A DNA stretch of 64,000 nucleotides from Deltaproteobacteria bacterium (GTDB taxonomy: Bacteria; Desulfobacterota; Binatia; UBA12015): NCBI GenBank assembly GCA_046583355.1, contig JAYGCM010000004.1, positions 1 to 64,000 on the forward strand. Reading direction: 5' to 3'. Made by a program: the position numbers and the translations under genes. Shown here one piece after another: positions 51,218 through 64,000 of this stretch (its first letter is position 1; every line of letters begins with the position of its first letter). Under the pieces are notes generated by a model. It did not search any database. It worked only from the letters and a program-made list of their open reading frames with translations, and had not been told where the DNA came from.

Positions 51218-51691
51218 ATGTCGAATCCGGAAGACACTCCGGAAGCAGTCACCGAGAAAGCGCCGGCACCCGCCGCTGCTGCCTCGGAGAGCGCTGCACC
51301 GGCGGCTGCACCTGCCGCTCCGAAGCGGAGAAAAGGCAAGCGCATCGTCTCGGAGGGGGTCGTGCATATTCACTCGACCTTCAACAATACGATTGTCACC
51401 ATCACCGATACCACCGGTGGTGTGATCGCATGGGCCAGTGCGGGCAGCGTCGGGTTCAAGGGCTCGCGCAAGGGTACGCCCTTCGCCGCGCAACTTGCAG
51501 CCGAGACGGCCGGCAAGAAGGCTGCCGATCAGGGCATGCGTTCGGTACACGTCCTCGTAAAGGGGCCGGGCGGTGGGCGCGAGCCTGCACTTCGCTCGCT
51601 GCAGGGTGCTGGTTTTGCCATCACCGCGATTCGGGACGTGACGCCGATTCCGCACAACGGGTGTCGTCCGCCCAAACGAAGGAGAGTTTAG
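51218..51691 (+). CDS. rpsK: 30S ribosomal protein S11 (Ala/Pro-rich N-extension)
   Basis: [36 protein letters not shown]. Confidence 0.98.
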   Translation: MSNPEDTPEAVTEKAPAPAAAASESAAPAAAPAAPKRRKGKRIVSEGVVHIHSTFNNTIVTITDTTGGVIAWASAGSVGFKGSRKGTPFAAQLAAETAGKKAADQGMRSVHVLVKGPGGGREPALRSLQGAGFAITAIRDVTPIPHNGCRPPKRRRV

Positions 51692-52318
51692 GTGGCACGG
51701 AACACGGGATCCGTCTGCCGGATGTGCCGGCGCGAAGGAATGAAGCTCTTTCTCAAGGGAGAGCGCTGCTTTACGGACAAATGCGCGATCGAGCGCCGGA
51801 ACTACCCGCCGGGCCAACACGGCCAGGGTCGGAAGAAGTTCTCGGAGTTCAGTATCCAACTGCGTGAGAAGCAGAAGGTGAAGCGCATTTACGGAGTGCT
51901 GGAGAAGCAGTTCCGCCGCTATTTCCATCTATCCGAGCGCAAACGCGGCGTGACCGGCGAGAACCTTCTCATCATGCTGGAACGCCGGCTTGATAATATG
52001 GTCTATCGCATGAGTTTCGCGAACTCGCGTGCGGAAGCTCGCCAGCTCGTGCGTCACGGCCACTTCTCGGTCAACGGCCGCAAGGTCTCGATCCCTTCCT
52101 TCCTCGCCACGCCGGGTGATGTCATCACCGTGCGCGACGGGAGCCGCAAGGTCGTTCGCATCGTGCAGGCGCTGGAACTCTCGCAGCGTCGGGGAGTCCC
52201 CGACTGGCTTGAGCTCGATCGGGACGGCTTCACCGGCAAGGTGAAATCGCTTCCGGAACGCGCCGAATTGACGATGCCGATCAACGAAACTCTCATTGTC
52301 GAGCTCTACTCCAAATAG
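51692..52318 (+). CDS. rpsD: 30S ribosomal protein S4
   Basis: [29 protein letters not shown]. Confidence 0.98.
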   Translation: MARNTGSVCRMCRREGMKLFLKGERCFTDKCAIERRNYPPGQHGQGRKKFSEFSIQLREKQKVKRIYGVLEKQFRRYFHLSERKRGVTGENLLIMLERRLDNMVYRMSFANSRAEARQLVRHGHFSVNGRKVSIPSFLATPGDVITVRDGSRKVVRIVQALELSQRRGVPDWLELDRDGFTGKVKSLPERAELTMPINETLIVELYSK

Positions 52319-52362
52319 CCAGCCTTTTGGCTAGTCGACGAGAACGAAATCAGGAGAAACAC

Positions 52363-53397
52363 GTGAGCACTACTTCATTGAATTGGCGCGAGCTGACGCG
52401 ACCGCAGAAGATCGAAGCCGACGCGAAAACCCTTAAAGCGACGTACGCAAAAATCGAATGCGAACCGCTGGAACGCGGCTTTGGCACTACCCTCGGAAAC
52501 TCGCTGCGACGGATTTTACTTTCGTCGTTGCGTGGCGCGGCCGTGACCTCGGTTCGCTTTGAGAATACGCTGCATGAGTTCTCGACCATCGATGGCGTCG
52601 TAGAAGATGTCACCGACATTATTCTCAACCTCAAGGAGACGCGTTTCCGTCTCCATGATGGTTCCGAGCACACCACGGCACGAATCGACTTCGAAGGCCC
52701 CAAGGCCGTGACGGCAGCGGATATCGAATCCGGCCCCGAGTTGGAAATTCTCAACCCGGAGCACGTCATCGCGAATGTCGGCAAAGGCGGTCGTCTGACG
52801 GTCGACCTGACGATCCAGGCTGGCCGCGGTTATGTGACGGCCGATCGCAACAAGGACGAGAACGCGCCGGTCGGCACGATTGCGATCGACTCGATCTTCT
52901 CGCCGGTCCGCAAGGTCAACCTGAACGTGACCAACGCGCGCGTTGGGCAGCGGACCGACTACGACAAGCTTGCCATGGAGATCTGGACGGATGGCAGCAT
53001 TCGGCCTGAGGACGCAGTCGCGTTCTCCGCCAGAATCCTCCAGGATCAGCTGAATATCTTCATCAACTTTGAAGAGCCGGCCGAAGAGAAGACGATCGCC
53101 AGAGAAGAGGAAGCCTCGGATCTGAACGAGAACCTCTACAAGACGGTCGACGAGTTGGAGCTTTCGGTTCGCTCGGCGAATTGCCTGCAGAACGCCGACG
53201 TGCGTTTCATTGGCGAATTGGTGCAGCGCACCGAGCCCGAGATGCTCAAGACCAAGAACTTCGGTCGCAAATCCCTCAACGAGATCAAGGAGCTCCTCAC
53301 GGAGATGGGCCTTTCGTTGGGAATGCGTCTGGACAATTTCCCCACGCGCAACGATCTCGAAGAGCGCCGGGCGGCGCTCGAAGGGCAGCCTTCCTGA
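52363..53397 (+). CDS. rpoA: RNA polymerase alpha subunit
   Basis: [45 protein letters not shown] before GTG. Confidence 0.98.
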   Translation: MSTTSLNWRELTRPQKIEADAKTLKATYAKIECEPLERGFGTTLGNSLRRILLSSLRGAAVTSVRFENTLHEFSTIDGVVEDVTDIILNLKETRFRLHDGSEHTTARIDFEGPKAVTAADIESGPELEILNPEHVIANVGKGGRLTVDLTIQAGRGYVTADRNKDENAPVGTIAIDSIFSPVRKVNLNVTNARVGQRTDYDKLAMEIWTDGSIRPEDAVAFSARILQDQLNIFINFEEPAEEKTIAREEEASDLNENLYKTVDELELSVRSANCLQNADVRFIGELVQRTEPEMLKTKNFGRKSLNEIKELLTEMGLSLGMRLDNFPTRNDLEERRAALEGQPS

Positions 53398-53440
53398 CAC
53401 CCCTTAGGGGTGTCAGACGATATCAGAAGACGGACGAACC

Positions 53441-53863
53441 ATGCGACACTTGAAAGCAGGCAAACGGCTAGGCCGGACATCGGCACATCGGCTGGCACTC
53501 TATCGCAACCTCGTGACCGAGTTGGTCAAGCGAGGCCGGATTGAGACCACCGATGCGAAGGCAAAAGAGCTCCGCGGGATCGCCGATCGAATGGTGACCC
53601 TTGGCAAGAAGGGGACTCTCGCCGCGCGCCGGCGTGCGGCTGCCTATTTGCGCAGCCCGCAGGCGGTACAACACCTCTTCGCCGAGGTAGGGCCGAGCTT
53701 CCAGGATCGCCCCGGCGGCTACACCCGCGTGACCAAACTCGGTTTGCGTACGGGCGATGCCGCGCCGATGTCGGTGATTGAGTTTACTGGCCGCAACGAA
53801 GCTGCCGAGCCGAAGAAGAAGCCGCGCCGCAAGGTCGCAGCGGAAGCCGAAGCCGAAGCGTAG
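53441..53863 (+). CDS. rplQ: 50S ribosomal protein L17
   Basis: MRHLK...[25 protein letters not shown]. Confidence 0.98.
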   Translation: MRHLKAGKRLGRTSAHRLALYRNLVTELVKRGRIETTDAKAKELRGIADRMVTLGKKGTLAARRRAAAYLRSPQAVQHLFAEVGPSFQDRPGGYTRVTKLGLRTGDAAPMSVIEFTGRNEAAEPKKKPRRKVAAEAEAEA

Positions 53864-53980
53864 AGGCCCTTCAGCCTCTATTCCCACGAGTTTCAAGGCT
53901 CGTGGAGACACAAGGTTTGACCGGCCCCGGCGAAGTCGGTAGCTGCTCTTTGTGGTAGCGGTTGGTCAGGAGGCGGTGCG

Positions 53981-55639
53981 GTGAAGAGTCGAATCGAAGG
54001 GTTGCTCAAAGCTGCGCTCCGTAGCGCGGTCGATGCTGGCGAGCTCAAGAGCGGCGAGGCTCCCGGTCTGACAGTCGAGCACCCCAAGGATCGCATGCAC
54101 GGTGATCTGGCCAGCAATGCCGCCATGATGCTCGCGCGCACCGAGAAGAGGGCGCCGCGCGCCATCGCCGAGACCATCCTTGCTCATCTGGAAGATCCGC
54201 ACGGCTGGATCGAGGCCACCGAGATTGCCGGTGCGGGCTTTCTGAATTTCCGCCTCGCGCCGCCTTTTTTCCACGCGATTCTTCGTGACCTGATTGCCGG
54301 TGATGACCTTGGCGTGGCCGCCTCGGGCAAAGGTAAACGGGTTCAGGTCGAGTTCGTGAGTGCCAATCCGACGGGGCCGCTGACGGTTGGCCATGGCCGC
54401 AACGCGGTTCTCGGTGACTCGATCGCGCGGGTGCTCCAGGCCACCGGCCACGACGTCCAGCGCGAATATTATTTCAATAATGCGGGCCGCCAGATGAAGG
54501 TCCTCGGCGACTCGGTACGGGCGCGTTATCTTGAGATCCTCGGTCGCGAGTCTGCCTTTCCCGAAGACGGTTATCAGGGCGATTATATCCGGGATATTGC
54601 GCAAGGCTTGGTCGACCGTGACGGCGACTCGCTTGCCGAGCATGAGGGCACGGCGTTTCGCGAGGCGGCAGAGTCGGGCATCTTTGCCGAGATCCGCAAG
54701 ACTCAGGACCGGCTCGGAATCCGCTTCGACAACTACTTCAACGAGGACACGCTCTATTCCAGCGGTGCCATCGAGCGCATGCTCGAAGCCTTGGAGGCGC
54801 ACGATCTGGTTGTGCGCCGCGACGGGGCCGTATGGTTGCGTGGCGAAGCTCTGGGCCTCAATAAGGACCGCGTGCTCGTCAAGGGCAGTGGAGAGCCGGC
54901 CTACCGCCTGCCGGATATGGCCTACCACGCCAACAAGCTCGGGCGCGGCTTTGATGAGGTAGTGGTCGTCCTCGGCGCCGATCATATCGCGGAGAGCCAA
55001 GAGGTGAAGCTCGGGCTGGAAGGCGTCGGTCTCGACGCGTCCAAGATCCGGCCGATCATCTACCAGTTTGTGACCTTGACGAGAAACGGCGAGCAGGTGA
55101 AAATGTCCACCCGTCGCGCGGAGTATGTGACGCTCGATGAACTGGTCGACGAGGTCGGCACGGATGCTGTCCGCTTCTTCTTCCTGAGCCGCAAATCCGA
55201 CACGCATCTGGATTTCGATCTGGAGCTTGCCAAGAAGCGTTCAACCGACAATCCGGTCTATTATGTGCAATACGCGCACGCGCGTATTGCCAATCTCTTC
55301 GGCCAGGCCCGCGAGCGCGGCATCGAGCTGCCGACCGGCGCACCGACGCTTGAGGAATTGGCGCCCCTCGTGCTCCCCGAAGAGCGCGAGTTGATCACTG
55401 CCTTGGCCGGCTATGGCGAGGTCATCGCCGCGGCCAGCGCGGAACTCGAGCCACACCGCTTGGTCTTCTATTTGCGGGATCTCGCGGCTGCCTTGCACCG
55501 ATTCTACAATAAATATCGGGTACTCGGCGATGATACCGAGCCGCGGGTTCAGGCGCGTTTGCACCTGCTGGGCATGGTCCAGCGGGTGGTGGCGGGCGGA
55601 CTCGGGGTACTCGGCGTGGATGCTCCGGAGAGGATGTAG
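53981..55639 (+). CDS. argS: Arginine--tRNA ligase
   Basis: HGDLASN, EFVSANPTGPLTVGH, KMSTR, NPVYYVQYAHAR. Confidence 0.96.
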   Translation: MKSRIEGLLKAALRSAVDAGELKSGEAPGLTVEHPKDRMHGDLASNAAMMLARTEKRAPRAIAETILAHLEDPHGWIEATEIAGAGFLNFRLAPPFFHAILRDLIAGDDLGVAASGKGKRVQVEFVSANPTGPLTVGHGRNAVLGDSIARVLQATGHDVQREYYFNNAGRQMKVLGDSVRARYLEILGRESAFPEDGYQGDYIRDIAQGLVDRDGDSLAEHEGTAFREAAESGIFAEIRKTQDRLGIRFDNYFNEDTLYSSGAIERMLEALEAHDLVVRRDGAVWLRGEALGLNKDRVLVKGSGEPAYRLPDMAYHANKLGRGFDEVVVVLGADHIAESQEVKLGLEGVGLDASKIRPIIYQFVTLTRNGEQVKMSTRRAEYVTLDELVDEVGTDAVRFFFLSRKSDTHLDFDLELAKKRSTDNPVYYVQYAHARIANLFGQARERGIELPTGAPTLEELAPLVLPEERELITALAGYGEVIAAASAELEPHRLVFYLRDLAAALHRFYNKYRVLGDDTEPRVQARLHLLGMVQRVVAGGLGVLGVDAPERM

Positions 55640-55641
55640 AA

Positions 55642-56295
55642 ATGGGAGGCGGCGCACGACGTTTTGAGTTCGGCTGGCTCGAAGTCCTGGGCCTGATCTT
55701 GGTTTTCGCTGGCGGGTCCGCGATCGTATTCTTCCTCGGCATTTTTGTCGGCAAGGGGCTTCAGGAGAGCCGGGTGCGCAGCGAGGAACGTGTCGTGCGG
55801 TTGCCGATTGACGGCGCCGCCCGTGTCGTGTCGCGCCCGACAGCGGGCCGCAAGCGCGTATCGGACCGCGTGGTGCTTCCCCTGCCGACGGCGACTGCCG
55901 GCGTTCGACTCGTGGTCAAGCCGGCACCGACGGCGACGCGAAAACCGCGCCCGACGGCAACCCGGGTGCCCCGGCCGCTGGCGCCGATGGCCACGCCGCG
56001 CCCGGCGCGTACGGCGGCGCGCCTGCGGCCGCAGCCGACTCTGAGCGTACAGGCGGTGCAGGGGAGTTGGGCCGTTCAGGTCAACGCAACCAAAGATGCC
56101 GCCACCGCGCGCCGTCTGATTTTCCAGCTACGTCAGAAGGGCTATCGTGCCTATCTGGTCGAAGTTCGCCTGCGTGGCGAGACTTGGTACCGCGTCCGCG
56201 TCGGCCGTTTCGCGACGATGAGCGAGGCGACCTCGGCCGTCGTACGGCTCAAGAACCGGGAACGCTATAAACGCGCGTTCCTCGTTCAGGAGTGA
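55642..56295 (+). CDS. SPOR-domain membrane protein (FtsN-like)
   Basis: N-terminal TM, Pro/Thr/Arg linker, WAVQVNA...WYRVRVGRF SPOR domain; argS-adjacent. Confidence 0.85.
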   Translation: MGGGARRFEFGWLEVLGLILVFAGGSAIVFFLGIFVGKGLQESRVRSEERVVRLPIDGAARVVSRPTAGRKRVSDRVVLPLPTATAGVRLVVKPAPTATRKPRPTATRVPRPLAPMATPRPARTAARLRPQPTLSVQAVQGSWAVQVNATKDAATARRLIFQLRQKGYRAYLVEVRLRGETWYRVRVGRFATMSEATSAVVRLKNRERYKRAFLVQE

Positions 56296-56301
56296 TGCGT
56301 C

Positions 56302-57783
56302 GTGCGAATTTACCCGACACCGAAGCAGTTCGAGAGGCTGGCTGAGGGAGTGACGCATATCCCGGTCTGGGCCGAGATCCTCTCCGACCGCGATACGCCG
56401 GTTACGGCCTTTCAGAAAATCCATCGTGGCAAGCATGGTTTTCTGCTCGAGAGTGCGGAGGGCGGCGAGCGGTGGGGTCGCTATAGCTTCCTGGCCACCG
56501 AGCCGGCCGCCATCGTCCGTGCCAACGGCCGCGAGATGCGAATCGAGTGGGCCGATGGTCGGGTCGAGGAACATCACGATGTGGACCCGCTGCTCCAGCT
56601 TCGCGAATTGCTCGGCCGTTATCAGATCGCCGAGGTTCCGGACTTGCCGCGTTTGCATGGGGGGCTCGTTGGTTGGATCGGCTACGATGCGGTCCGCTTC
56701 ATCGAGGACCTGCCCGATGCGCCGCCAGACGATATGGACCTGCCGGAGCTGGGCCTGCTGCTGGTCGATACCCTGGTCGTCTTCGACAATCGCAAGCAGA
56801 AGATTCTTCTCCTGACGCATGCCGACCTTCGCACGACCGACGATCTGAGCCAGGCTCGTGCGGACGCGATTTCTCGTCTGGAGGAGTTGGCGGCCCGGCT
56901 CGACGCCAGCCCACCTGAGTTGCCGGCCCGCATCGGCGAGCCGGTTGCGCACGAAGTACAATCCAATCTCAGCCCCCAGCGCTACGGCGAGATGGTCCTG
57001 CGCGCCAAGGAGTACATCAAGGCAGGCGACATCATTCAGGTTGTGCTCTCGCAGCGTTTCACGCGTGAGACCACGGCACGCCCTTTTGATGTCTATCGCT
57101 GCCTTCGCTCGATCAACCCATCTCCCTATCTGACCTACCTTGAGCTCGACGGGTTGTCGGTCGTGAGTGGTTCGCCCGAAGTTCTCGTTCGGCTCGAAGG
57201 TGGCACGATGACCGTCCGGCCGATTGCCGGGACGCGGGCGCGCGCCGCCGATCCGGCCGAGGATGCGAAGCTTGAGGAGAGCCTCCTGGCCGACCCCAAG
57301 GAACGCGCCGAGCATGTGATGTTGCTGGATCTGGGGCGCAACGATGTAGGCCGGGTCGCTGCGCCGGGGACGGTTCGTGTGACCGAGGAGTTTCAGATCG
57401 AACGCTATTCGCACGTCATGCATATTGTCTCGAATGTCGAGGGCAAGCTGGCGCCCGGGCTCGATGCGATCGACGCGCTGCGGGCGGCGTTCCCCGCGGG
57501 GACACTCTCGGGTGCGCCGAAGGTGCGCGCCATGCAGATCATTGACGAGTTGGAGCCCTTGCGCCGCGGGCTCTATGGCGGTGCGCTTGGCTATCTGGGT
57601 TTCGACGGCGTGATGGATACGGCGATCACGATCCGCACCGCCTTGATGCGGGACGGCCGTGCCTGGGTACAGGCGGGCGCCGGCATCGTCTACGATTCGG
57701 TCCCGGAAACCGAGCACGACGAATGCGAGCGTAAATCGCGCAGCGTTCTGGCCGCGATCGAAATGGCCGAAGGGCTCGTTTGA
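56302..57783 (+). CDS. trpE: Anthranilate synthase component I
   Basis: [48 protein letters not shown]. Confidence 0.96.
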   Translation: MRIYPTPKQFERLAEGVTHIPVWAEILSDRDTPVTAFQKIHRGKHGFLLESAEGGERWGRYSFLATEPAAIVRANGREMRIEWADGRVEEHHDVDPLLQLRELLGRYQIAEVPDLPRLHGGLVGWIGYDAVRFIEDLPDAPPDDMDLPELGLLLVDTLVVFDNRKQKILLLTHADLRTTDDLSQARADAISRLEELAARLDASPPELPARIGEPVAHEVQSNLSPQRYGEMVLRAKEYIKAGDIIQVVLSQRFTRETTARPFDVYRCLRSINPSPYLTYLELDGLSVVSGSPEVLVRLEGGTMTVRPIAGTRARAADPAEDAKLEESLLADPKERAEHVMLLDLGRNDVGRVAAPGTVRVTEEFQIERYSHVMHIVSNVEGKLAPGLDAIDALRAAFPAGTLSGAPKVRAMQIIDELEPLRRGLYGGALGYLGFDGVMDTAITIRTALMRDGRAWVQAGAGIVYDSVPETEHDECERKSRSVLAAIEMAEGLV

Positions 57784-57790
57784 GGCGTCG

Positions 57791-58371
57791 ATGATTTTAA
57801 TGATCGACAATTACGATTCCTTCACCTGGAATCTGGTGCAATACCTCTTTGAACTCGGTGCCGAGGTCGAAGTCGTGCGCAACGACGAGATCGACTTGGA
57901 TCAGGTCCAGCGGCGCAACCCGGCCGCGATCGTCGTCTCGCCGGGGCCCTGCACGCCGCGCGAAGCGGGGATCTCGGTGCCTCTGATCGAGCGCTTTGCC
58001 GGTAAGGTCCCGATCCTCGGCGTTTGTCTGGGCCACCAATCCATCGGCGCCGCCCTGGGCGCGCGGATCGTGCGGGCCTCGCGCATCATGCATGGCAAGA
58101 CCTCGCCGATTGCTCATACGGGACATGGCATCTTCGCCGGCCTGTCGCAGAACCTCGAGGCGACGCGCTACCATTCGCTGGTGATCGAGCCGGATTCCCT
58201 GCCCGAATCCCTCGCGGTCACGGCGTGGACGCATGACGGCGATACGAAGGTCATCATGGGCGTCCGCCACAAGGAGTGGTTCCTCGAAGGCGTCCAATTC
58301 CATCCGGAATCGATCCTCACTGCCGAGGGCAAGCCCTTGCTGGCAAATTTTCTTGCTGAGGTCGCGCGCTC

Positions 58372-58375
<4 letters not shown>
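57791..58375 (+). CDS. trpG: Anthranilate synthase component II (glutamine amidotransferase)
   Basis: [26 protein letters not shown]. Confidence 0.95.
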
Positions 58376-59417
<1,042 letters not shown>

Positions 59418-59421
<4 letters not shown>

Positions 59422-60233
59422 GTCCGGCCAGTATTCCCGATGTTCTCGCCCGCATTGTCGAGGCGCAAATCGGCGTCGTCGCTGCCGCGAAGCAGGCCCG
59501 CTCGGTCGCCGATCTGCGCGAGCAACCGGGCTACGCTTTGCCGCGCCATAGTCTGGTGGATTCCCTGAGTGCCAAACGGCCGGGTGTGATCTGCGAATGC
59601 AAACGCCGCTCGCCGTCACGCGGCATCCTGCGCGATCCGTACGACGCCGCCGCGATCGCACGTGGCTACGAGGCGGCGGGCGCTGCCGGAATCTCGGTGT
59701 TGACCAACGAGGAGTTTTTCGGCGGCACGCTGGAGGATCTGCGACGGGTACGCGATGTGGTGGCGGTGCCGCTTCTGCGTAAAGATTTTGTCATCGACGA
59801 GTACCAACTCGAGGAGGCACGCGCGGCCGGAGCGGACGCGGCGCTGCTGATTGCGTCCGTGCTCGACCCCGTTCAGTTGCGCGATTTTGCGGCGGTGGCC
59901 TCTGGCATCGGGCTCGAGGTCCTTGTCGAAATTCATGACGCGCCGGAATTGGCCGGGGCGCTCGACTCGGGTGCCCGGCTGATTGGCATCAATAACCGAA
60001 ATCTCCACAACTTCGTGACCGACCTCGCGACCACCGAGGCGCTGGCGCCCGATGTGCCGCCGGACAGGATCGTCGTCGCCGAAAGCGGCTTGCGCGAGGG
60101 GGCCGACCTGCGGCGCTTGGGGCATGTCGGAGTCCATGCCTTTCTGGTCGGCGAGGCCTTCATGCAGGCCGAGGTGCCAGGCGATGCGCTGGGCCGGATG
60201 CTTGCCGAGGCGGCTGCGGCCGAGGCCGGATGA
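59418..60233 (+). CDS. trpC: Indole-3-glycerol phosphate synthase
   Basis: ECKRRSPSRG, LRKDFV, GINNRNL, VAESG. Confidence 0.96.
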
Positions 60234-60844
60234 CCGTCCGTGTGAAAATTTGCGGCGTGACCAGGGCTGCGGACGCTACGATGGCGGTCGCGGCGGGCGC
60301 CGATATGATCGGGCTCAATTTCTCCCCCTCCAGCCGTCGCTTCGTCTCGACCGAGCGCGCTCTTGTCGTCGCGGCCGCCGTACCCTCGCCGGTGTGGAAG
60401 GTTGGTGTCTTCGTCAATTCGTCGCGCGCGGAGGTCGAAGAAATCCGTCACCGGGTCGGGCTTGACGCGCTGCAATTCCACGGCGACGAGCCGGCGGAGA
60501 TGCTTGCCGGCTGGCCGTGTCCGGTGATCCGGGCCTTCCGGATCGCCTCTGCGGCCGATGCCTCTGCGGCACTCGATTCTTCGTCACCGGCTTATTACCT
60601 TCTCGAAGGAGATGCCGGCGCCGATTACGGTGGCGTTGGTGCCGGCTTCAAATGGGCCTGGGCGCGTGAGATTCCGGCCTCGCGTCTGATCGTGGCTGGC
60701 GGTCTCAAGCCAGAGAATGTTGCTGACGCCGTCCGGTCGCTTCGCCCCTTCGGGGTCGATGTGGCGAGCGGTGTCGAATCGGAACCGGGAATCAAGGACG
60801 CGGCAGCGACCGCGGAGTTCATCCAGAATGCGAAATCAACCTGA
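60230..60844 (+). CDS. trpF: Phosphoribosylanthranilate isomerase
   Basis: [29 protein letters not shown]. Confidence 0.96.
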   Translation: MTVRVKICGVTRAADATMAVAAGADMIGLNFSPSSRRFVSTERALVVAAAVPSPVWKVGVFVNSSRAEVEEIRHRVGLDALQFHGDEPAEMLAGWPCPVIRAFRIASAADASAALDSSSPAYYLLEGDAGADYGGVGAGFKWAWAREIPASRLIVAGGLKPENVADAVRSLRPFGVDVASGVESEPGIKDAAATAEFIQNAKST

Positions 60845-62033
60845 TCGTCTAGGCCATTTTGGCGAGTTCGGTGGCCGCTACGTGAGCGAGACGCTCATGC
60901 CCGCCCTGATCGAGCTCGAAGAGGCGTACCGCAGGATCCGTCGGGATCCCGACTTCAAACGTGAGCTGCGGGATTTGCTCGCGCAATACGTCGGCCGCCC
61001 GACGCCGCTGACTTTCGCCGAGCGCTTGACCGAGAAGCTCGGTGGCGCGCGCATCTGGCTCAAGCGCGAAGATCTTTGTCATACCGGCGCACATAAGATC
61101 AACAATACGATCGGCCAGATCCTCATTGCGCGGCGTATGGGCAAGCGGCGGATTATCGCCGAGACCGGAGCGGGGCAGCATGGCGTGGCGGCGGCGACGG
61201 CGGCAGCACGCTTCGGCCTCGAATGTGAAGTTTTTATGGGCGAGGAAGATGTAAGGCGTCAGGCGCTGAATGTCTTTCGCATGAAGCTGCTGGGCGCCAG
61301 CGTGCGGGTTGTGACGAGTGGTAGCCGGACGCTCAAGGACGCGATGAACGAGGCGCTGCGTGATTGGATCACCAACGTCGAAGACACATATTATATGATC
61401 GGTTCGGCGGCCGGGCCACATCCCTACCCGATGATGGTGCGCGAGCTCCAGACGGTGATCGGCAAAGAGGCGCGCCGGCAATTCCACGCGGCCGTCGGCG
61501 GCTTGCCCGATGTATTGGTGGCCTGCGTCGGTGGGGGCTCCAACGCGATCGGCCTCTTCCATCCCTTCCTCGAAGACGAAGGCGTCCGCATCATCGGTGT
61601 CGAGGCTTCCGGGCACGGGATCGAGAGCGGTGCGCATGCGGCGACCCTCAACGCGGGCATTCCGGGTGTCCTGCACGGAGCGCGCTCCTACCTTCTGCAA
61701 GACGAGTTGGGTCAGGTGATGGAGGCACATTCGATCTCGGCCGGTCTCGACTATCCAGGCGTCGGGCCGGAACATTCGTTCCTGAAAGAGAGCGGACGCG
61801 CCGAGTATGTGACTGCCAGCGACGACGAAGCACTGACGGCTCTGGAGCTGCTGGCTCGATGCGAGGGCATCATCCCAGCGCTCGAATCCGCGCATGCGCT
61901 GGCTTGTGTCACCCGGATCGCACCGGGGATGCGGCCGGATCAGAATATCGTCGTCAGCCTCTCGGGGCGCGGGGATAAGGATATGGAGACCGTCGCCGAG
62001 CATCTCGACGCGGCGCGGGGAGAGGCCCAATGA
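60828..62033 (+). CDS. trpB: Tryptophan synthase beta chain
   Basis: [32 protein letters not shown]. Confidence 0.98.
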   Translation: MRNQPDRLGHFGEFGGRYVSETLMPALIELEEAYRRIRRDPDFKRELRDLLAQYVGRPTPLTFAERLTEKLGGARIWLKREDLCHTGAHKINNTIGQILIARRMGKRRIIAETGAGQHGVAAATAAARFGLECEVFMGEEDVRRQALNVFRMKLLGASVRVVTSGSRTLKDAMNEALRDWITNVEDTYYMIGSAAGPHPYPMMVRELQTVIGKEARRQFHAAVGGLPDVLVACVGGGSNAIGLFHPFLEDEGVRIIGVEASGHGIESGAHAATLNAGIPGVLHGARSYLLQDELGQVMEAHSISAGLDYPGVGPEHSFLKESGRAEYVTASDDEALTALELLARCEGIIPALESAHALACVTRIAPGMRPDQNIVVSLSGRGDKDMETVAEHLDAARGEAQ

Positions 62034-62848
62034 AGAGCGCGAGCAAACGGCTGCGCGCGCGCTTTGCTACGCTGCGCAAACGCGACGAGGCTGCCTTCGT
62101 TCCTTTCCTGATGACGGGCGATCCGGATATCGACACGACCGAGAGGCTCGCGCTTGAGCTTGCCGAGGGTGGCGCGGATATCCTCGAACTCGGCGTGCCT
62201 TTCTCCGATCCGATGGCGGACGGGCCGGTGCTGCAACGCGCCGCGGAGCGCGCGCTGGCGGCGGGAACCACCTTGCCGGGGGTGATCGATCTGGTCGCGC
62301 GCTTGCGCCGCAAGATCGATATTCCGATCGTTCTTTTCGGTTACGCCAACCCTTTCCTGCATTTCGGCTGCGAGGCGCTTGCCCAGGCATTGGCTGCCGC
62401 CGGCGCCGACGCCGTGCTTTGTGTCGATATGCCGGTCGATGAGGCCGACCAATTGCGTTTGCCGCTGGCCGCGGTCGGGCTCGATATGATCTTCCTGCTT
62501 GCCCCGACAAGTACCGAGGCGCGGATTCAGCGCGTATTGCGTAGCGCAAGCGGCTTTGTCTATTTCGTCTCGGTGGCTGGCGTCACCGGTGATAAAGTCG
62601 CCGAGGCGGGCGCGATCACCTCGTTGGTGGGGACGATCCGCGGCGCGACCAAGCTGCCGGTTGGTGTGGGTTTCGGCATCTCGACGCCGGAGGCTGCCGC
62701 CGAGGTGGCGGCGATCTCCGATGCCGTGATCGTCGGCAGCAAATTCTCCCGCATCATCGAAGCATCGTCCGATACGGATACTGCAGTGGCCGAGGTCGGC
62801 GCATTGGGCCGTGCATTGAAAGAGGCGACGCGACGGTCGCGGAGCTGA
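62030..62848 (+). CDS. trpA: Tryptophan synthase alpha chain
   Basis: [28 protein letters not shown]. Confidence 0.97.
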   Translation: MKSASKRLRARFATLRKRDEAAFVPFLMTGDPDIDTTERLALELAEGGADILELGVPFSDPMADGPVLQRAAERALAAGTTLPGVIDLVARLRRKIDIPIVLFGYANPFLHFGCEALAQALAAAGADAVLCVDMPVDEADQLRLPLAAVGLDMIFLLAPTSTEARIQRVLRSASGFVYFVSVAGVTGDKVAEAGAITSLVGTIRGATKLPVGVGFGISTPEAAAEVAAISDAVIVGSKFSRIIEASSDTDTAVAEVGALGRALKEATRRSRS

Positions 62849-62856
62849 ATCAGCCC

Positions 62857-64000
62857 ATGAATTATGCCGAGACGGTCGAGTACCTCTGCGGTCTCGAAGC
62901 GAGCCGCGGCTGGGATCTCAAACTGGAGAGAGTCCGCGCGGCGCTGGTGGCACTCGGTTCTCCCGAGACCGGCTATCCGGCGGTGCTCATCGCCGGGACC
63001 AACGGCAAAGGGACCACGGCCGCGCTTACGGCTGCGGCATTTCAGCAGGCAGGGCTGCGGGTCGGGCTCTATACCTCGCCGCATCTGGTGCATTTCACCG
63101 AGCGGATTCGCATCGACGGCGATGAGCTGGGGCGCGCCGCGGTGGTGGCTCTGGTGGCCGAGATCCGGCGGGTGGCGCCACCCGAAGAGACCGGTCTCAC
63201 TTTCTTCGAAGTCACGACCTTAATTGCGTTGCTTGCCTTTGCTGCATCTGATGTGGATATCGCGATTCTCGAGGTCGGGCTGGGTGGTCGGTTGGATGCG
63301 ACCAATGTTGTCGAGCCCCTGGCCTCTGCTGTCGTCAGCATCGATTACGACCATGAGGCGTGGCTCGGCTCGACGCTGGCGGAGATCGCCGGTGAGAAAG
63401 CCGGCGTGATGCGCGCGGACCGCCTTGTGGTTGTCGGAGCCGCGATTGCGCCCGAAGCCGCCGAGGTGCTGGAGAATACCGCCGATGGCCTCGGTGCGCG
63501 CCTCGTGCGCGCCGAGTCCGGCTTCTTCCCCCTCGCTCTTGCCGGTGCGCATATGCAGAATAACGCGCGCGTCGCGGCCGCGTTGGTGCGCCATATATCC
63601 GAGCAACGCCCGGAGTTTCAGGTCACCTCCGAGCAACTCGCCTTGGCGTTCGCCGCTACCCGCTTTCCGGGGCGAATGAGCCGATTTGATATGGGCGTGC
63701 CGGTGATTGCCGACGGCGCTCATAACCGAGCGGCCGCTGATGCGCTCTGCGGATCGCTGGCGGAGTTGTTGCCGGGGCAGGGATATAGGCTTGTCTTCGG
63801 CGCTCTCTCGGACAAGGATTGGCAGGGCGTGGGCCGGCGCCTGGCTGGCGCCGCCACGGCGGCGGCCGTGGTGCCGATCGCCAATCCGCGCGCGGTGCCG
63901 GTGGCGGAATTGCGCCATTCTCTCGCGGCTTGTGTACCGACCCGTGCGGCGGCGGGAGTGGCGGCCGCGGTCGCGGAATTCGCCGCCGAATCGTCGACCA
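62857..64000 (+). CDS. folC: Folylpolyglutamate synthase/dihydrofolate synthase (3' truncated by window edge)
   Basis: Hand translation MNYAETVEYL...IAGTNGKGTT...YTSPHL...ERIRI...EVGLGGRLDATN...DGAHN. Confidence 0.93.
   Translation, partial: MNYAETVEYLCGLEASRGWDLKLERVRAALVALGSPETGYPAVLIAGTNGKGTTAALTAAAFQQAGLRVGLYTSPHLVHFTERIRIDGDELGRAAVVALVAEIRRVAPPEETGLTFFEVTTLIALLAFAASDVDIAILEVGLGGRLDATNVVEPLASAVVSIDYDHEAWLGSTLAEIAGEKAGVMRADRLVVVGAAIAPEAAEVLENTADGLGARLVRAESGFFPLALAGAHMQNNARVAAALVRHISEQRPEFQVTSEQLALAFAATRFPGRMSRFDMGVPVIADGAHNRAAADALCGSLAELLPGQGYRLVFGALSDKDWQGVGRRLAGAATAAAVVPIANPRAVPVAELRHSLAACVPTRAAAGVAAAVAEFAAESST

Overview
High-GC bacterial chromosome segment. Gene order and protein sequences look deltaproteobacterial sensu lato (Desulfobacterota/Myxococcota/Binatia-like); this is an inference, not a database result. 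Bases 1-10.2 kb are accessory: SDR, GH38 alpha-mannosidase, SAM methyltransferase, a minus-strand cluster (Cys-rich secreted protein, DUF6502-like HTH protein, DUF5666-like lipoprotein, DUF1614-like membrane protein), a Chloroflexus-type malyl-CoA lyase, a TauD dioxygenase and a class I GATase. The rest is core genome: tRNA-Leu, tig-clpP-clpX-lon-HU, tRNA-Val/Asp, rplM-rpsI, lptG/lptF, rlmB, five tRNAs, secE-nusG-rplKAJL-rpoBC, the str/S10/spc/alpha ribosomal clusters, argS-SPOR-trpEGDCFBA and a partial folC. The best candidate for an undescribed system is the 3.8-7.3 kb cluster. It has three GGGA-N5-TCCC palindromes upstream of the putative regulator and of a secreted protein built from two 12-Cys repeats with mirror-symmetric Cys spacing. 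Other leads: an unannotated 34-aa membrane protein with a structured leader between two tRNAs, a ~32-aa helical insertion in NusG, a Lys/Ala-rich insertion in RpoC, and tRNA-derived repeats around tRNA-Leu. Family names come from motif recognition only; no searches were run.
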